A stretch of DNA of 64,000 nt from an uncultured virus (IMG/VR IMGVR_UViG_3300021185_002094) (taxonomy: Duplodnaviria > Heunggongvirae > Uroviricota > Caudoviricetes). Numbering within the stretch: position 1 is the first letter of the stretch; every line of letters starts with the position of its first letter. Of this stretch, positions 17,451 to 26,775 are shown one piece after another. The notes beneath the pieces were generated by a model. The model was not told where the DNA came from. It was given only the letters and a program-made list of their open reading frames with translations, and searched no databases. Where the stretch lies: the IMG/VR virus record IMGVR_UViG_3300021185_002094. One strand, given 5' to 3'. The translations under genes and the position numbers were made by a program.

Positions 17451-18570
17451 ATGTATCCTCGTTTGTAGTTTCATCTTCGAAGGTAACTCCTGAATCCACT
17501 TTAGTGTATAAGTCTAAGAAGGCGGCCTTAGTATCATCATCAAACCTTGCAATACATAGGTCTATCGCCTTCATCTTGTTATCAAAGATAGAGAAAGTTT
17601 GGACTATGTGACATAACCTTCTAGTTGAAATTACCTCGTCAACGCCATCATCATAGAATGTCTTTCTGATAATGTCTGCCCAAGATACTAGTTTCTCAGC
17701 AAACTCTACATCTGTCTTGCCGAACTTTTCCATATGTTTGGCAACGATTTTCTTTTCTACTGTTTGACTTGGAAACTGCTGATCTATAGCTACTGTAAAT
17801 CTTTCTAAGAAAGCATCATCTATGATTGAAGCGGCTGTAAACCTGCCATCTTCTGAGCCCTTACCTTTAGTATTGGCTGTGGCAATAACATTAAATCCAG
17901 GACTTGGTTCTACTACCTCGCCGGTCTTTTTAACTAGTACTGGTTTTCCTTCTAGGATACCTTGTAAACACATAATCTTGTTAGTTGCTCTATCGACTTC
18001 ATCCAGTAGAAGAACAGCTCCTCTTTCCATGGCCTTAAGAACTGGCCCTTTAGAGAATACTGTTTCTCCATTGATAAGTCTGAATCCACCTAGTAGGTCA
18101 TCCTCATCCGTCTCAGGATTAATTTGAACTCTGATGAACTCTCTACCTAGTTTAGCGGCCGCTTGTTCAACCATGAAAGTCTTACCGTTACCAGATAGAC
18201 CTGACACATAAACTGGGTAAAACATTTCAGACTTGAGGATTTTAACCACATCTGAAAAGGAACCCCATGGTACGAATGTTGGGTCTTTTTTGGCAAAGTT
18301 TGATTCTTCATTTACTATTGATTGCATCTTAACCACGTTTGATAAACCAGCAATTGGTTCTTTTTTAACTGGTACTATCATGGCCGAAAGGTCATAAACA
18401 CCAGGTTTAATCCTAATCTTTGCATCGATTAAGTCCCAGAAGTCTTTTCTTGAATAACCCAATGAGTCAGCTGTATCACTGATTTGGGCTCTTTTAAACT
18501 CTGTCTGGTCTGGGAATCTTTGAGCCAGAGTTTCAAGGATTATTTGAGTTGATTTTTTCATTTTATTCAT
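17437..18570 (-). CDS. CobS/MoxR-like AAA+ ATPase
   Basis: GLSGNGKT, ETDEDDLLGG, LLLDEVD, ATANTKGKG, AFLERF, ISTRRL. Confidence 0.92.
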   Translation of the reverse strand: MNKMKKSTQIILETLAQRFPDQTEFKRAQISDTADSLGYSRKDFWDLIDAKIRIKPGVYDLSAMIVPVKKEPIAGLSNVVKMQSIVNEESNFAKKDPTFVPWGSFSDVVKILKSEMFYPVYVSGLSGNGKTFMVEQAAAKLGREFIRVQINPETDEDDLLGGFRLINGETVFSKGPVLKAMERGAVLLLDEVDRATNKIMCLQGILEGKPVLVKKTGEVVEPSPGFNVIATANTKGKGSEDGRFTAASIIDDAFLERFTVAIDQQFPSQTVEKKIVAKHMEKFGKTDVEFAEKLVSWADIIRKTFYDDGVDEVISTRRLCHIVQTFSIFDNKMKAIDLCIARFDDDTKAAFLDLYTKVDSGVTFEDETTNEDTYETA

Positions 18571-18606
18571 AATATAAGTTACTCCATTTAATTAATTTAC
18601 TAGTAT

Positions 18607-18635
18607 ATTATACTAGGTTTTGCACTGCTTGTAAA
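18607..18635 (-). promoter_or_regulatory. Early sigma70-type promoter for the AAA+ gene
   Basis: TTTACA-N17-TATAAT. Confidence 0.85.
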
Positions 18636-18700
18636 GTGTTTTGCTGAAAATAATTCATTTATTTTCATCTTTTTTTGCAAGTGTATCAAATATGTTACAC

Positions 18701-20851
18701 TCAAGCTACTGCTCCTCCGAATTTAGTGAGAAGCACTTTGTTAGTTTTCTTGGTTTTTGAAAACTTCTTAAAGGCTGTTCTAATCTGGGCATCGGACATG
18801 TGATCTTCCACCTCAAATTCTTCTTCTTTAGTGTCTAAGGTCTTGCCACCTTTGACCATATAGTAAGTATCATATCCTTTAATTTTCTTAAACTCAACAC
18901 ATTTGTTTTTACTATATTCTCTGTTACAGGTTTTTCTAAATTCCACATCGTCAATATCGTTATTCTCATACCATGCAATGTCGTTTAGTCTATACTTCCA
19001 TTCAGAGCCTTCCGCCATGAAGAATCCAATATTGTTAGTATTGTACATCTTCTTTAGATTATTGAGAAGAGCCTTAGTTAAGTTATTGTTTCTACCTCTT
19101 GTTGCCTTGACGGTTTTACCTTGAACTATCAGTTTCATATCATCTGAATATTTGTAGTAATCATTACCATGGATAGATATTCTATTTGCATCTCCATCTG
19201 TAAAGGTTAAGAAGTTAAGCTTTTCAATATTATGTTTTGCTCTGAATTTCTTAACCACATCATGGCAAACTATTAATGACTGATTAAGTGGAGTAGAACC
19301 CCAACTTTCTGAGTAACCGACTGGCATATGGTTATGTATATCTGGTATTGTTCTTAGGAAAAGATATTTAGTAGCCTCGATATAATCGGCCTTTTTCATT
19401 TCTGAACTAACCAAAAGTGGCATCCTGAGATCATCCATATCTAAATCTCCAGGGAGATAATCTCTTTCTATATGAGAAGCACTCCAGCCACCTGTTGTGA
19501 ATGCATAGACTTCAAAAGGTATATTAACTGATTTGCAAAATACTATGGTGTGAAGTATTTGATCCATTACATATCTCATAGAGCTAGACATTGATCCAGA
19601 ATAGTCTACCAACATGACCATGCCGTGTGACTTGGCTTTTGGTAACTTGGTTGCCTTTAGAAAGATATCATCATTTGTTTTATATGACCATAACTTATTG
19701 ACATTGATGTTACCAGTCTTAGCCTCTGTAGCTCTTTGCCACTGAGTCGCAGCCTTTTTCATTTCGAATTCTCTAACTGCTGGTTGAACATTCTTTTTTA
19801 GTTGTTTCATATAAGAAGGATAATCATCTAGCTTTTCTTTATATTCTGTCATATAACTTACATTATATTCTTTGGCTTCTTTTTCTAATTTAGCAGCGCA
19901 ATCATTTCTTTGTTTTGAAAGTGTTTTAAAATCTACTAAAGATTTTTGAATATTCTCTTTTGAGATTTGGCTGATTACTAAAGTTTCATTGCCTCTATCA
20001 TCTTGATCAACTAGTGACTTTTCTTTTGCTCTAAAGATTTCATCTGTAATAGATATATCACCATCGGTATGCTCTGGAGAAAGTGAAGCCACTGTTTTAG
20101 TTTCTTCTTCTGACTCTTCATCATTTTCTTCGGTAGAAGGGTCAGCACTAGAATTCTTTGTTTTCTCTTTTTCGTTTTCTTGTTCCATGTAATCATCATG
20201 GCCAGATGAACTAGGATCCACATCTTGATTATCTTCAGTATCTTGATTCTGATCTTCTGTTGTATCAGGTTCAGGTTCCTGAATAAGCTCTGGTGTATTA
20301 CTTTGGGTGAAGGCTAGAATATCTTTTACTAATTCTACTACCTCGCCAAATGTTTGAGTGGTTTTGGCTCTTTCTAGGAAAACCATTTCTTCTGAATTAA
20401 ATGGTACTTCTATAAGAGAACCGAGTTTTGTCTTTAGGTTGATTTTATCAATTAGCTTTACTTGATCATAATCTACATCATCTAATGGGCCGAAGAATTC
20501 GTTATCCAATAGCTTCTTGTAACCTTTATTAAAAGAGTTTACTAACCCGGGATATCTTGATTGGACTTTTCTCTCAATCCTTGCATCTTCTATTACATTA
20601 ATATATGACCTTGGACATCCTTCTAACTTCTCGGGACTATCGTGCCAACCTTCGAATGGAGTTTCTAATGCATGACCAACTTCGTGTCCGATTAAAAGGT
20701 CATAAACATCTTTACCCATATCTTTCCATAGTGGAAGACCAAGGGTTCTATTCTTAATATCAAACCAGGCTGTCTTGAAGTTACCATGTCTGATGGTAAT
20801 ATTCTCTTTAGCCAAGAGTTTGGGAAGGATTGATTTCTCATAATTTATCAT
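18701..20851 (-). CDS. CobT-like protein: zincin HExxH domain, acidic linker, vWA domain
   Basis: HEVGH, NVIEDARIE, D/E-rich linker, MIDAS DYSGSMS, GSTPL, TDGD. Confidence 0.88.
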   Translation of the reverse strand: MINYEKSILPKLLAKENITIRHGNFKTAWFDIKNRTLGLPLWKDMGKDVYDLLIGHEVGHALETPFEGWHDSPEKLEGCPRSYINVIEDARIERKVQSRYPGLVNSFNKGYKKLLDNEFFGPLDDVDYDQVKLIDKINLKTKLGSLIEVPFNSEEMVFLERAKTTQTFGEVVELVKDILAFTQSNTPELIQEPEPDTTEDQNQDTEDNQDVDPSSSGHDDYMEQENEKEKTKNSSADPSTEENDEESEEETKTVASLSPEHTDGDISITDEIFRAKEKSLVDQDDRGNETLVISQISKENIQKSLVDFKTLSKQRNDCAAKLEKEAKEYNVSYMTEYKEKLDDYPSYMKQLKKNVQPAVREFEMKKAATQWQRATEAKTGNINVNKLWSYKTNDDIFLKATKLPKAKSHGMVMLVDYSGSMSSSMRYVMDQILHTIVFCKSVNIPFEVYAFTTGGWSASHIERDYLPGDLDMDDLRMPLLVSSEMKKADYIEATKYLFLRTIPDIHNHMPVGYSESWGSTPLNQSLIVCHDVVKKFRAKHNIEKLNFLTFTDGDANRISIHGNDYYKYSDDMKLIVQGKTVKATRGRNNNLTKALLNNLKKMYNTNNIGFFMAEGSEWKYRLNDIAWYENNDIDDVEFRKTCNREYSKNKCVEFKKIKGYDTYYMVKGGKTLDTKEEEFEVEDHMSDAQIRTAFKKFSKTKKTNKVLLTKFGGAVA

Positions 20852-20882
20852 AATATAGGTTTCTCTTTTAATTTATAAGTAT

Positions 20883-20911
20883 ATTATACTACGCATCCAA
20901 TAGAATGTAAA
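20883..20911 (-). promoter_or_regulatory. Early sigma70-type promoter for the vWA gene
   Basis: TTTACA-N17-TATAAT. Confidence 0.85.
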
Positions 20912-20947
20912 GAGGTTTTTTCGGTTTTAACCAACTTTTTTCACAAC

Positions 20948-20976
20948 TGTAACATAAATGTAACACAATTGTAACA
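20948..20976. repeat. Three TGTAACA direct repeats at 11-bp period
   Basis: TGTAACA at 20948, 20959 and 20970. Confidence 0.8.
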
Positions 20977-20981
20977 AAGGC

Positions 20982-21179
20982 TTATTCAAATTCTAATTCC
21001 ATCTGATTAGGGCAGAAAGTTCGCTTAAAGTAAAGACGGCCGTCCTCACATTCAATCAAGGTAAATACATCTCCTTCTTTAAAGGGTGTGTTTCCAAGAT
21101 TAATCAATTCACCTGGTTCTTTATCCATCATCATTAATCCATGTTCATTTATTTGAAACATATATCCTGAATATAACAT
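20982..21179 (-). CDS. Hypothetical protein
   Basis: 65 aa with AAGGA SD, directly after the tRNA. Confidence 0.65.
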   Translation of the reverse strand: MLYSGYMFQINEHGLMMMDKEPGELINLGNTPFKEGDVFTLIECEDGRLYFKRTFCPNQMELEFE

Positions 21180-21195
21180 TGCTTTTCCTTTTGTT

Positions 21196-21272
21196 TGGCC
21201 GACCCTTCAGGACTCGAACCTGAAACCTACAGCTTAGAAGGCTGTTGCTCTATCCAGTTGAGCTAAGGGCCG
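21196..21272 (-). tRNA. tRNA-Arg(UCU)
   Basis: 77-nt cloverleaf: acceptor CGGCCCT/AGGGTCG, D arm GCTC/GAGC with A20, ACAGC-CTTCTAA-GCTGT, T loop TTCGAGT, encoded CCA. Confidence 0.96.
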
Positions 21273-21297
21273 TTAATCTTTTAATTTCTAAGAGTAT

Positions 21298-21326
21298 ATT
21301 ATACTAGGCTTTGCACCTGCTGTAAA
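21298..21326 (-). promoter_or_regulatory. Early sigma70-type promoter for the tRNA
   Basis: TTTACA-N17-TATAAT about 25 nt upstream of the tRNA. Confidence 0.85.
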
Positions 21327-21372
21327 CAATAAAGTTGGTTCTTTTTTAGATTATTTTGTTATATGTATATAA

Positions 21373-23088
21373 CTAGCTGATCTTAGAGAAGTTTTTATGC
21401 TTGAAGAATTCAATCTTTGACCTAAACTTATTCTCTAGGATATCACCTTTGTGAGATATAATAAACACATTGGTTCCATCTTCTAGCGTTGATAGGATCT
21501 TCGTTAGATTATCTACCCCATCAACATCTAAACTACTATCAAAGGTTTCATCTAATATAAGCAGATTAGTAGCGGCAGAGTTTTTCATCTTGGCTATTTG
21601 TCTCCACGTAAAGAGCAAAGATAAGTCAATTCTTTGTTTCTCTCCTTCACTAAATGATGCATAATTAAAAGTATCTCTGTGACGTGATCTAATAGTTTCA
21701 TTGAAGTTTTCATCTAAATGGAATGCAACAAAGAAGTCCAACACTTGTAAGTATTGATTGATAAGTCTATTCATTACTGGGAGATACTGCTTAATAACTT
21801 TAGTCTTTATGCCGGTATCTTTCAACATCTCGCCAATAACTTCATTGTATGTGCGTTCTTCTACATAGCTGAGTTTCATTTCTGTTGCTTTTTGTTTTGT
21901 TCTTCTTAACTCTGTTAGTTCTTTCTTTGCTTTACCACTATCACCAGTCATTTGAGTAAGACTATCTATATCCTTTTGGACTTTATCTATCTCTTTTTGC
22001 AGTAATGATATCTTTTCATTATTAGAGTTAATTTTACTTTGACGCTGTCTAAGTGTATTAAGATTGTTGGATATCTGAATCCCTTCCTTTTCTGTGGTAT
22101 CTACTTCTTTGGCTAGTTTACCGAGCTCTGTTTGAACATCAGAGGCACTGGCTTTAATGGCAGTGATCTTAGTTTCTTTAATAGCTGAATCAATCTCTTG
22201 ATCACACGTAGGACATTGATCATTATCTTCATAAAAACGAGCTTCCTTTACTAGTGTTTTAATCTTACCATTAAGTGTTTTATCTAGCGACTTAACTTCA
22301 CTCATTCGTTCCATAAAATATTTATGGTTCTTTTCCTCTTCGGATATGAGTGAAGACAAGTTCTTACCTAGCTTTTGTGACTCTTTAAACGTATCATCTA
22401 TCTGCTTCTTATACACATCAATTGAATCTCTATTCTTATCAACTTGTTCTTGGTTAAGGGCATCTAGGTTTTTAATATATTTTGATTGTGAGTCAATCTT
22501 AGTATCAACCAAATCAATTCTATGGTTAATGTCATTAAGATTATCACGTAACTTAGCATTCTTTTCTTTTAAAAGATTATTCATCTTACTAAAGATATTG
22601 ATATCCAATAGGTCTTCAATAATGCTTCTACGTGACCAACTAGGTAATTGCATAAATGGAATAAAGGAACTACTGCCTAATACAACAACCTGATGGAATG
22701 ATTTATGGTTTAATTTAAGGATATTGGTTTCTAAGAATTTTTGAAAATCTCTAGCATTTGATGCCTGATTAATCATATTACCATTCTGCCAGATTTCAAA
22801 CTTATTAGGCTTAATTCCACGAACAATTTTAAAATCTGAATTACCAACAGTAAACTCTACTTCTACTAAAGTTCCTTTCTTATTAATGGAGTTAATTAAC
22901 TGAGCCTTTCCGATATCTCTATGAGCCTTACCGAATAGACCAAATGATAATGCATCTAATAGTGTAGACTTACCAGCACCATTTTGGCCAACTATAAGTG
23001 TTGATGGTGATTTATCTAAACTAATTTTTATCGCATCTGTCCCTGTTGACAGAAAATTCTGCCACTTACATGATTTAAAATGTATCAT
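21373..23088 (-). CDS. 46: Rad50/SbcC-like ATPase gp46
   Basis: GQNGAGKST, CPTC hook, FSEGEK, ILDETFD, ISH. Confidence 0.97.
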   Translation of the reverse strand: MIHFKSCKWQNFLSTGTDAIKISLDKSPSTLIVGQNGAGKSTLLDALSFGLFGKAHRDIGKAQLINSINKKGTLVEVEFTVGNSDFKIVRGIKPNKFEIWQNGNMINQASNARDFQKFLETNILKLNHKSFHQVVVLGSSSFIPFMQLPSWSRRSIIEDLLDINIFSKMNNLLKEKNAKLRDNLNDINHRIDLVDTKIDSQSKYIKNLDALNQEQVDKNRDSIDVYKKQIDDTFKESQKLGKNLSSLISEEEKNHKYFMERMSEVKSLDKTLNGKIKTLVKEARFYEDNDQCPTCDQEIDSAIKETKITAIKASASDVQTELGKLAKEVDTTEKEGIQISNNLNTLRQRQSKINSNNEKISLLQKEIDKVQKDIDSLTQMTGDSGKAKKELTELRRTKQKATEMKLSYVEERTYNEVIGEMLKDTGIKTKVIKQYLPVMNRLINQYLQVLDFFVAFHLDENFNETIRSRHRDTFNYASFSEGEKQRIDLSLLFTWRQIAKMKNSAATNLLILDETFDSSLDVDGVDNLTKILSTLEDGTNVFIISHKGDILENKFRSKIEFFKHKNFSKIS

Positions 23089-24146
23089 ACTACCTCTAGG
23101 TTTTGAGCCTCTGTATATAGAGTCCTTAATTCAACTTTTAACTTATCTTTTTCAAGATCAGTTTCTACTGCATCGACATAAGAATCAAGAAGGGTCGTAG
23201 TATCTTCTAGGGATATTTTCTCGTCCTCGACGCTTTCTCCCAGATACTCTTCAAAAGATTCTGCAATCTTCAACTCATAAGTTTCAATAGATTGTAACCT
23301 ATCCACAAACTGATCAAACATATATAAGTCATTTTTATTTATAACAATTAATTTGATAAACTTTTTCTCAAATTGGCTTACATCTATCTTACTGTAATCT
23401 GTTTTACTATCATCATATATAACCTTTTTAAACATAGTAATAGGATTGCGGACTGGAGTAATTTCTCTAGTTTCTGTATCTAATACATGGAAGTATTTTG
23501 GATCATCTACATCGGCCCATGTGAATTCCATTTGAGAACCTAGATAGGTAACATTACCCTGGCTTGATCTAGTATGGAAGTGACCAGATAATACCATTTC
23601 AAACCTAGAGAATACATCAGCATTCATTCCGTGTGGATTGGGTATACCAGCCATCATTTCAAACCCTTTTAACTCCAAATGAGCACCAAGGATAGGAGCT
23701 TTACAATTCATAGCCCACTTTGTATATTCTTCATAGTTACCATTATTAATCCATGGAATAACTGCAACACCAGTTCCGTCATAATCAATAACAGTAGGTT
23801 TCATAATAATATTAACATTACTTGTAAAGTAACCTAAAAGTTCTTTGAGTGAGCATAGTTCATTAGTATTCTTAAAATATACATCATGGTTACCAGGGAT
23901 GATATCCATAGTAATGCCCATATCTCTCATAGGTTCTAGGAAATGTTTACGATTAGCATTAAGTGCCTTAAAGTTAACAAACTTGCGATGTTCATAATAA
24001 TCACCAAGGTGCAAGATGTTCTTGATATTATGTTCTTTTAAATAAGGAAAGAATATTTCCTCATAAAATCTTTCTTGATACTTTAGAAAAATATCAGATG
24101 AGTTTCTTACCCCACAATGGGTGTCGTTTAATATTGCTACTTTCAT
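23085..24146 (-). CDS. 47: Mre11/SbcD-like nuclease gp47
   Basis: DTHCG, HLGD, GNHD, SGHFH. Confidence 0.97.
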   Translation of the reverse strand: MKVAILNDTHCGVRNSSDIFLKYQERFYEEIFFPYLKEHNIKNILHLGDYYEHRKFVNFKALNANRKHFLEPMRDMGITMDIIPGNHDVYFKNTNELCSLKELLGYFTSNVNIIMKPTVIDYDGTGVAVIPWINNGNYEEYTKWAMNCKAPILGAHLELKGFEMMAGIPNPHGMNADVFSRFEMVLSGHFHTRSSQGNVTYLGSQMEFTWADVDDPKYFHVLDTETREITPVRNPITMFKKVIYDDSKTDYSKIDVSQFEKKFIKLIVINKNDLYMFDQFVDRLQSIETYELKIAESFEEYLGESVEDEKISLEDTTTLLDSYVDAVETDLEKDKLKVELRTLYTEAQNLEVV

Positions 24147-24149
24147 ATA

Positions 24150-24713
24150 TTATACCATAAAGAGCTCTAGTTTCTCTTTAGCCTTCTCCTCTTTTGCGAA
24201 TTTTTTAACTGCTTTATCTTTCTCTCTAACTGTAGAAATACGTTGTCTTAATGTATCAACATAGTTCATAGTTTCTGCTGCTCCTGCATCATCCATACCC
24301 ATAGATACAAAATCATCAATGCCCATCTTTTCAATAAACTTGAACTTAATGTCTTGTTGTTTCTTCTCTTTAGTTATCCTACGAATAAATGCAAAGTAAC
24401 AGATTTGAGTAAAGTAAGAGAACGCGTTTGGATTACCAGTTCTTGTTGCAGTCTCTATCTTATAGTTACCGATTGCTCTTAAACAATTTTCTACTGCATC
24501 CATAACCATCTCTTCCCGATAGGTGTACCGAACAAAGTTCGGTCTATGGGATAGGCCTTCTGCGATCTTAATAAAGCATTTGGCAATGTAATCTGGTACA
24601 GTAGGTACGTCAACTCCTTTTTCTGTGTGCATATTACAGTCCTTAACATAGTCTACTACAGCGAGTGAGAATTCCTTGTTATTGACGTAATGTGGCTTTT
24701 GTTTAGGTTTCAT
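24150..24713 (-). CDS. 55: Late transcription sigma factor gp55
   Basis: HYVNNKEF, PNFVRYTYREEMVMDA, NAFSYFTQI, FIRRI. Confidence 0.96.
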   Translation of the reverse strand: MKPKQKPHYVNNKEFSLAVVDYVKDCNMHTEKGVDVPTVPDYIAKCFIKIAEGLSHRPNFVRYTYREEMVMDAVENCLRAIGNYKIETATRTGNPNAFSYFTQICYFAFIRRITKEKKQQDIKFKFIEKMGIDDFVSMGMDDAGAAETMNYVDTLRQRISTVREKDKAVKKFAKEEKAKEKLELFMV

Positions 24714-24737
24714 AATTATTTCTCCAATAATAGTATT

Positions 24738-24766
24738 ATTATACTACAAATTCTGTTCAATGTAAA
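24738..24766 (-). promoter_or_regulatory. Early sigma70-type promoter for gp55-47-46
   Basis: TTTACA-N17-TATAAT. Confidence 0.85.
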
Positions 24767-24821
24767 GAGGTTTCTTTAAATAAATAAGACAAAATAAATT
24801 CATTTTTTTTCATTTAGCCCC

Positions 24822-24850
24822 TTTACAAATGCCGAAAAGTGTAGTATAAT
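24822..24850 (+). promoter_or_regulatory. Plus-strand early-type promoter with no downstream sense gene
   Basis: cTTTACA-N17 (ending GTAG)-TATAATATA, the same consensus as the minus-strand promoters. Confidence 0.8.
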
Positions 24851-24888
24851 ATATTATCTCCGGGGGAGACAGGGGTATACTATATTCT

Positions 24889-25272
24889 TTAATGTATTGT
24901 TGGGGGTTTCTTAGGGGTCTCTTCATCATATTCATCATAGGATAGTTCTTTTTGTTCTTTAACCATATCCTGTAATTGTTCTATTCTTTTTAGAAGCTCA
25001 TCATCCGAGTAGGGCTGTTCTTCATTTATAATAAACTTAGTATAAGCCTCTTCAAAGACTTTGGTAATTGGCACATGCTGTATGCATCTATTCTTATAGA
25101 GTTTAAACATATTCTGTTCTGAAAGTGGAAACCAATGGCTGAAGTGTAGCCTACCATATGCATCATAAGCAAACTGAACTGGTCTTTCTATAATATAGTG
25201 ATCACCATATCTAGTATTCATTACGGCAATTATATCATCACCATTTAATAATTTAAACTGTCTTATTTCCAT
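24889..25272 (-). CDS. Conserved hypothetical protein (Sm-like) between uvsW and gp55
   Basis: FKLLNGDDII pattern; late box TATAAATA at 25280-25287. Confidence 0.7.
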   Translation of the reverse strand: MEIRQFKLLNGDDIIAVMNTRYGDHYIIERPVQFAYDAYGRLHFSHWFPLSEQNMFKLYKNRCIQHVPITKVFEEAYTKFIINEEQPYSDDELLKRIEQLQDMVKEQKELSYDEYDEETPKKPPTIH

Positions 25273-25274
25273 AC

Positions 25275-26774
25275 TTATATATTTATATCGTATATTTTAT
25301 ACTTAAATTTCTCTTTAGCATATATCTTAATGCGCTCTGCCGCATGAACCAATGTATAATTCTTTCTTGACTTCCAGTGTAGATCATCAGCAATATCAAA
25401 TACTGTAGTCGGTTTACCATCATCGGTCTTTCTTAATCCTCTTCCGATACTTTGGAGAACCCTAATCTGAGATTTACTTGGTGAAGCAAATACAATATTG
25501 TGTAGGTTACGAATATTAATCCCAGTAGAAAAAGTGCCCATAGAGGCGACAATAATCGCGTCACTGGATTTCTCTGTAATCTCTCGTACTTTCTCCCGCG
25601 TATCCACGTCGGTCTCTCCTGATACATAAAATAATCTCCTAGTGTTTCTTGGTAGTTTATCAAACTTTTCTTGCAGAAGGTTATGTAGAGGTTTTCCGTG
25701 TTTGTCGACATATTGGAATAATATGAGTGTGTTCCCGACATTTTTCATTGCAAGGTTTGAAATGAAGTTATTTCTAGGACCATATTGTACTATGAAGTCC
25801 ATCTCTTGTTGGTAGTCTCTTTTAGTTTTACAGAATTCATCTGTATATTTTAGTAGTAGTATATTAATATCCAACTGTGCTAAGTCTTGATTATCCATTA
25901 GTTTCTTAGTGGTTGTTACTCTATGCACAGGGCCGAATAAACCTTCTAATACTAACTGATGAGTTTGAGTTCCATCCAATGTTCCTGTAGTACCCATTTT
26001 AAATTTGGCCTCGGTACATTTTTCTAATATAGCAGTAAGTGATTTAGCCTTAAATGCATGAGCTTCGTCACCTATTACCATACCATACTGCTGAAACCAT
26101 TCTGCCCTTTCTTTATAGATAGATTGCCATGTAGAGATAATTACCCTTTTATTAATATTGTATTTTTCTCTACCCGCATATATCTTATGACAATTCTCTT
26201 CGGTATCCCATTGATCTAATGAAGAATAGTCTATAAAGTCAGAATACATTTGTTCTACTAGTGATGTAGTCGGTACTATAAGTAGGACGTTGTTATCATG
26301 GCTATCAAGAAAAGCTCGTAATGCCATGTAGATAATAAGTGACTTACCACTTGCAGTTGGTGATAGTAATAGTGATTTTTTATTAGAAAGTGCATGATGT
26401 AATGCCTCCAACTGATAGTCTCTTGGTTTAATTTTATTTCCACCTGCTGTTAGTGTTAACATATTTAATATGTGTTCTATATCAACGGGCTCATGAGTAT
26501 CTGGTCTTCCGTAGTTAGTAGAATCCACTTCAATAGTATAATCTCTAACATCTGCAAACTCTTTTAGATACTTAAAAAGGCCACAGTAAAGTGTTCTTTT
26601 TCTCATATCTAAGAGCCTGATCTTACCATCCCAAATACGATTTTTATATGCAGGCATGAATTTATAACCAGGAACAAAGAAACAGAAGTGCTCTGTTAAT
26701 TCCATTAGAATACTAGGGTCAGCATCTATATGTAAAAAGGTTTCGTTCTTTTTGGTTACTTTAATTTTGTCCAT
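25275..26774 (-). CDS. uvsW: SF2 helicase UvsW
   Basis: SPTASGKS, DEAH, TGT, QSIGRGLR. Confidence 0.96.
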   Translation of the reverse strand: MDKIKVTKKNETFLHIDADPSILMELTEHFCFFVPGYKFMPAYKNRIWDGKIRLLDMRKRTLYCGLFKYLKEFADVRDYTIEVDSTNYGRPDTHEPVDIEHILNMLTLTAGGNKIKPRDYQLEALHHALSNKKSLLLSPTASGKSLIIYMALRAFLDSHDNNVLLIVPTTSLVEQMYSDFIDYSSLDQWDTEENCHKIYAGREKYNINKRVIISTWQSIYKERAEWFQQYGMVIGDEAHAFKAKSLTAILEKCTEAKFKMGTTGTLDGTQTHQLVLEGLFGPVHRVTTTKKLMDNQDLAQLDINILLLKYTDEFCKTKRDYQQEMDFIVQYGPRNNFISNLAMKNVGNTLILFQYVDKHGKPLHNLLQEKFDKLPRNTRRLFYVSGETDVDTREKVREITEKSSDAIIVASMGTFSTGINIRNLHNIVFASPSKSQIRVLQSIGRGLRKTDDGKPTTVFDIADDLHWKSRKNYTLVHAAERIKIYAKEKFKYKIYDINI

Positions 26775-26775
26775 T

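Noticed and set aside
17437..20851. Cobalamin biosynthesis auxiliary genes
   Set aside because: No cobN or other cob genes are present; the motifs fit a generic MoxR AAA+/vWA pair.
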